DNA from: Alphaproteobacteria bacterium
Lineage (GTDB): Bacteria > Pseudomonadota > Alphaproteobacteria > Caulobacterales > Maricaulaceae
Direction of reading: 5' to 3'
DNA length: 39,627 bases
Assembly: GCA_021776705.1 (NCBI GenBank)
Contig: JAJFFL010000166.1
Coordinates: 1 to 39,627 of the forward strand
Shown: positions 36,676-39,627 of the stretch, piece after piece
How positions within the stretch are numbered: position 1 is the first letter of the stretch
Layout of the letters: every line of letters begins with the position of its first letter
The notes under the pieces: generated by a model
What the model saw: the letters and a program-made list of their open reading frames with translations, nothing else
What the model was told of the DNA's origin: nothing
Database searches by the model: none
Translations under genes and position numbers: made by a program

Positions 36676-37778
36676 AGGGCGCGCCGCGGCTGGAGATCGA
36701 CCTCGCCAAGATTCATCACAACGTTCGATCGCTGGTCTCGCGACTTGCGACCGTAGGGATTTCCGTCACCGGCGTAACCAAGGCCGCGCTCGGCTCCGCC
36801 GAAATCGCCGACACGTTTCTCCGAGGCGGCGTCGCGGGCATCGGCGACTCTCGGATCGAGAACATCGAGAAGATGCGGCGCGCACCCGTCGCGGCGCACA
36901 TGACGCTGCTGCGCTCGCCGATGCTCAGTCAAGCGAGCGGCGTGGCGATGCACGCGGACGTGAGCTTCAACACCGAGCTCGACGTCATAGCCGCGCTTTC
37001 GGCGGCGGCGCGAAAAATTGGGCGCACGCACGGCGTCGTGCTCATGGTGGAGCTTGGCGATCTCCGCGAAGGGATTATGCCGGGAGATCTTGAGGCCTTC
37101 GTTCACGCGGTGCTCCGTCTGCCGAATATTGCGGTCAAGGGCATCGGAGCCAATCTCGCCTGCCTCAGCGGAACGTCGCCCGACGCGACAAACATGGCCG
37201 AACTTACGGCGTTGGCCGACTCGATCGACGTGACGTGCGGCCTCACTCTCGGCATCGTGTCGGGAGGCAATTCCGCCAATCTCGAGTGGGCGCTGGACCG
37301 ACCGGACACCGGCCGGATCAACAATCTTCGTCTGGGTGAATCGCTGTTGTTCGGACGTGAAGCGCTTCACCGCAAAGCAATCGACGGTCTTCACACCGAT
37401 GCGATCACGCTCGTCGCCGAAGTAATCGAATCGAAGCTTAAGCCATCGCTGCCGTGGGGCGCGATCGCTCAGAACGCTTTCGGCGAGACGCCGCGCGCAA
37501 GGGATCGGGGCGCGGTCTCGCAAGCGATACTCGCCGTGGGACGCCAAGACACCGACCCCTGCGGCCTGGTTCCGCCCGCTGGAATCGACATCCTCGGCGC
37601 CAGCAGCGATCACCTCATCGTCGACACCGGCCGCCGCCGCGTGTCGGTCGGCGACGAGATTTCTTTCGCGATCAACTACAGCGCCTTGCTACGCGCGATG
37701 TCCTCGCCATTCGTGAGTCAGATGTTCACGCGCCAGACGAAGCCCTACTCCCTCGTCGCGCGCCCGGCCGCGGAGTGA
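36672..37778 (+). CDS. PLP-dependent alanine-racemase-fold enzyme (predicted amino-acid racemase family)
   Basis: MKGAPRLEIDLAKIHHNVRSLVS...ISVTGVTKAALGS has a candidate PLP lysine in VTKA. GVVLMVELGDLREG and SGGNSANL follow. The GTG start overlaps the upstream stop (GTGA at 36672-36675). Confidence 0.7.
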   Translation: MKGAPRLEIDLAKIHHNVRSLVSRLATVGISVTGVTKAALGSAEIADTFLRGGVAGIGDSRIENIEKMRRAPVAAHMTLLRSPMLSQASGVAMHADVSFNTELDVIAALSAAARKIGRTHGVVLMVELGDLREGIMPGDLEAFVHAVLRLPNIAVKGIGANLACLSGTSPDATNMAELTALADSIDVTCGLTLGIVSGGNSANLEWALDRPDTGRINNLRLGESLLFGREALHRKAIDGLHTDAITLVAEVIESKLKPSLPWGAIAQNAFGETPRARDRGAVSQAILAVGRQDTDPCGLVPPAGIDILGASSDHLIVDTGRRRVSVGDEISFAINYSALLRAMSSPFVSQMFTRQTKPYSLVARPAAE

Positions 37779-37984
37779 CCGCCGCCGCGACCGCCCGAGC
37801 TGGTTGATCGCAGCTTGGTCGCTGAGCCGCGCGGCGGCTCAACGCGGAACTCGGCAGAAATCCAGCAGGTCTTCTTTCCGTCGGCGGCCTCTGCGAGGCG
37901 CGCGTCGCCGTCGCCAACCCGTCAAGCGCCCAGCCTCGACGTCTGGCGGCGTTTCCTCGGCGCCGTCAATTGATGGGTAGCCTC

Positions 37985-38074
37985 TGGCGGTGAGGGTGGG
38001 ATTCGAACCCACGAGACGGTTACCCGCCTACACGCGTTCCAGGCGTGCGCCTTCGACCACTCGGCCACCTCACC
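37985..38074 (-). tRNA. tRNA-Ser (anticodon GGA), class II with long variable arm, CCA encoded
   Basis: The reverse complement reads GGTGAGG-TG-GCC-GAGTGGTCGAA-GGC-G-CACGC-CTGGAAC-GCGTG-TAGGCGGGTAACCGTCTC-GTGGG-TTCGAAT-CCCAC-CCTCACC-G-CCA. The acceptor, anticodon and T stems all pair. The T-loop is TTCGAAT and the variable arm is 18 nt. Confidence 0.93.
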
Positions 38075-38086
38075 AAAGAGCGCGGG

Positions 38087-38114
38087 AATATACCGGCTCG
38101 CGCCTCCGCCGCAA
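38087..38114 (-). promoter_or_regulatory. Candidate sigma70-type promoter of the tRNA-Ser gene
   Basis: On the minus strand: TTGCGG (38114-38109), a 16-nt spacer, then TATATT (38092-38087). The -10 box ends 12 nt upstream of the mature tRNA 5' end. Confidence 0.4.
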
Positions 38115-38167
38115 GGCGGGGAGCCGGATCGGAGCTGTTGTTCTCAATTCCTTTGATTTCGGCCGAT

Positions 38168-39376
38168 CTAACCGGTCGGACACCCCGCCGGCGGCGCCGC
38201 CGGCGTGCCGCGGCCGCGTTGTCTTTCGTAGGCGCGCACCAGCGACATGTACGGCGAGACCGCGGTCCAGCCGTCGCCGTCGATGTTTTTCCAGATCTCG
38301 AAATGCAGGTGGAAGGTGGTCGCCGACGAGCCGAAGTCGTTGGACATGTAGCCGATCCGGTCGCCGGCCTGAACTTCCTCGCCGGCGGTCACCCAGAGCG
38401 CCCGCATGTTGAGGTGCAGGTACTTGAATTGGGTGCCGTTGTTGGGGCCGCCCTCCGCCTGCAAGGTCACCGAATAGCTGCCGATGTTGGTGATCCGGCC
38501 GTCGGCGACGGCGACGACCGGCACCAGCGTGCGGTCGGCCGCGGAGCGCCGCCGCAGGGTCTCGCAGACGCTGGCGGAACCGGCTCGAATGTCTTGCCCC
38601 TGGTGGATCTCCGACGAAGCGCACATGAACGCCTTGCGGTTCGTGCCCGGGCGCGGTTCGCAATAGTTGTCGCGCCACGGCTCGGCGTAGTTCCAGGCGT
38701 CGCACTGGTCGCGCCACTTGTCCGGGTCGCGGCTGCCGCCGGCGCGGTAGAGCTGCGAATTCAGGAACGTCGCGTCGCTTTCGAGCGGAAAGCGAATGTC
38801 GGGGGCGTGCACGGTCAGGTCGCGGATGCCGGTGGTCACGCACTCGAGCGCGCCGGCCTCCGCGTAAGCGAACCCGGGCCCGTCGGGCAGTCCCGAGCCG
38901 CCGAGATCGACCGTGTCCGGGTCCGTCACGTCCGGCTCCGTCGTGTCCGGCTCCGTCGTGTCCGGCTCTGTCACGTCAGGGGTTTCCGCGTCCGGCTCCG
39001 TCGAATCCGAATCCGGTTCTGTCGCGTCCGGCGCTTCGGCGTCGGGTTCCGTCGCGTCCGGGACGTCGACGTCAGGATCTGTGGCGTCGGGGAGTTCCGC
39101 AACCGGCTCCGTTGCGTCAGGCGCGTCGACGACGGGATCGGTTGCGTCCGGCTCCGTCGCATCGGGTTGCTCGACCTCAGGGGGGCTTGGGTCGGGTTCG
39201 CCGACGTCCGGTTCGGACACATCGGGCTCGGAGACGTCAGGGACCAGCGGATCCGGCGTGACGACAGGGGACTGCGGCCCCGCCGACGGCGGCGGCACAT
39301 ATTGCTGGATCAACTCCAGCTTCCAGGCGACGGCGCCCAACGCGGCGACGGCGACGACGATGAGAAACGCGCGCAT
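38168..39376 (-). CDS. M23 (LytM-type) metallopeptidase with N-terminal membrane anchor and long acidic Pro/Asp/Thr/Glu repeat linker
   Basis: The N-terminal anchor is [18 protein letters not shown]. Residues 41-156 are the repeat region. The C-terminal domain carries IHQGQDI (HxxxD) and TTFHLHFEI (HxH), the M23 zinc-binding motifs. Confidence 0.85.
   Translation of the reverse strand: MRAFLIVVAVAALGAVAWKLELIQQYVPPPSAGPQSPVVTPDPLVPDVSEPDVSEPDVGEPDPSPPEVEQPDATEPDATDPVVDAPDATEPVAELPDATDPDVDVPDATEPDAEAPDATEPDSDSTEPDAETPDVTEPDTTEPDTTEPDVTDPDTVDLGGSGLPDGPGFAYAEAGALECVTTGIRDLTVHAPDIRFPLESDATFLNSQLYRAGGSRDPDKWRDQCDAWNYAEPWRDNYCEPRPGTNRKAFMCASSEIHQGQDIRAGSASVCETLRRRSAADRTLVPVVAVADGRITNIGSYSVTLQAEGGPNNGTQFKYLHLNMRALWVTAGEEVQAGDRIGYMSNDFGSSATTFHLHFEIWKNIDGDGWTAVSPYMSLVRAYERQRGRGTPAAPPAGCPTG
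38909..39256 (-). repeat. In-frame degenerate tandem repeat, 15-nt (5-aa) period, encoding PD(A/V/T)(T/S)E-type units
   Basis: On the plus strand the DNA reads as reiterated gtccggctccgtcg(t/c)-type units, for example 38931-38975. The protein reads [17 protein letters not shown]...[11 protein letters not shown]...[22 protein letters not shown]. Confidence 0.85.
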
Positions 39377-39382
39377 GAGCCC

Positions 39383-39627
39383 CTACCGAACAATGCTTGA
39401 GAAAATCACAAACCGGTCCGCCTGCCCGCGCGCTTCGGCTTCGTCCAGGCACGCCGGCGGCGTCTCTTCGAAGCGGGCGCGCTCTTCCTCCACCGACTCC
39501 GGCGCCGCGACGTCTTGAGTCGTGCAGTCGAAGTGAATCTGCACGTCCGTGCCGTAGTCGCGGAAGGTGGCGATCAGACCGGTCTCGGTCGTCTGAATCT
39601 CGGTGCGCGTGCGCGACGCCGAGACCG
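39383..39627 (-). CDS. 3' end of a hypothetical gene (start beyond the window), immediately upstream of the M23 peptidase gene
   Basis: The minus-strand frame is open from the window edge to TAG at 39385-39383. Translation: ...[66 protein letters not shown]. Only 6 nt separate its stop from the M23 ATG. This ORF is missing from the supplied track because it is truncated. Confidence 0.5.
   Translation of the reverse strand, partial: VSASRTRTEIQTTETGLIATFRDYGTDVQIHFDCTTQDVAAPESVEEERARFEETPPACLDEAEARGQADRFVIFSSIVR

Noticed and set aside
35003-38074. A tRNA-Ser-associated genomic island carrying the DUF1611-like/racemase genes.
   Set aside because: I found no integrase or recombinase gene. By eye, no direct repeat of the tRNA 3' end (for example ggtgggattcgaaccc) appears near the low-GC block. 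The two genes themselves have host-like GC. I kept it only as a weak possibility in the findings, not as a mobile-element feature.
38909-39256. Possible CRISPR-like or non-coding tandem repeat array.
   Set aside because: The period is 15 nt, with no spacer/repeat alternation. It is in frame within a gene that has an intact anchor and catalytic domain, and there are no cas genes. It is a coding low-complexity repeat.
38045-39518. Plus-strand ORFs 38045..39400 (451 aa) and 38913..39518 (201 aa, SGS/VAS repeats).
   Set aside because: They are shadow frames of the M23 peptidase gene, and one of them runs through the tRNA. The serine/glycine repeats are simply the antisense reading of the PDxTE repeat.

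Overview
This is a GC-rich, tightly packed bacterial chromosomal window. The gene content looks alphaproteobacterial: HisN-type histidinol phosphatase, an sHSP with a ROSE-like leader, a TadG-like protein and SqdB. I can support about 40 protein-coding genes and one tRNA-Ser(GGA). I see no rRNA, CRISPR array, transposase, integrase or phage genes.

Content from left to right:
- an XRE regulator, hisN, and a translationally coupled operon of lipoprotein methyltransferase, unknown protein and SCP2
- a divergent hsp20 with a sigma32-like promoter and a hairpin that sequesters the SD
- a ribD-like gene and gpmA
- a nucleotide-sugar block: kpsF, galU, cysQ, sqdB, a UDP-glucuronate-epimerase-like gene, rfbB and rfbC
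- argE, an orphan TadG/VWA protein, an FKBP lipoprotein, and ilvA coupled to a 956-aa M16 peptidase
- a fused double ABC ATPase with no permease, and an aldehyde dehydrogenase plus alpha/beta hydrolase pair
- a two-component RND pump, gcdH, upp, and an unknown protein coupled to a DUF1343/NamZ-like protein
- a lipoprotein cytochrome c
- a low-GC block followed by a DUF1611-like P-loop protein coupled to a PLP racemase-fold protein, next to the tRNA-Ser
- an M23 peptidase with a long acidic 15-nt-periodic repeat

I do not see a convincing defence, toxin or mobile system. The most plausible places for undescribed biology are:
1. the DUF1611-like/racemase cassette between the low-GC block and the tRNA
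2. the methyltransferase-unknown-SCP2 operon
3. the sqdB-cysQ coupling with no glycosyltransferase nearby
4. the unknown protein coupled to the NamZ-like gene

Every functional call comes from reading the translated ORFs and the DNA by eye. No searches were run, so family assignments are recollections of motifs, not database hits.
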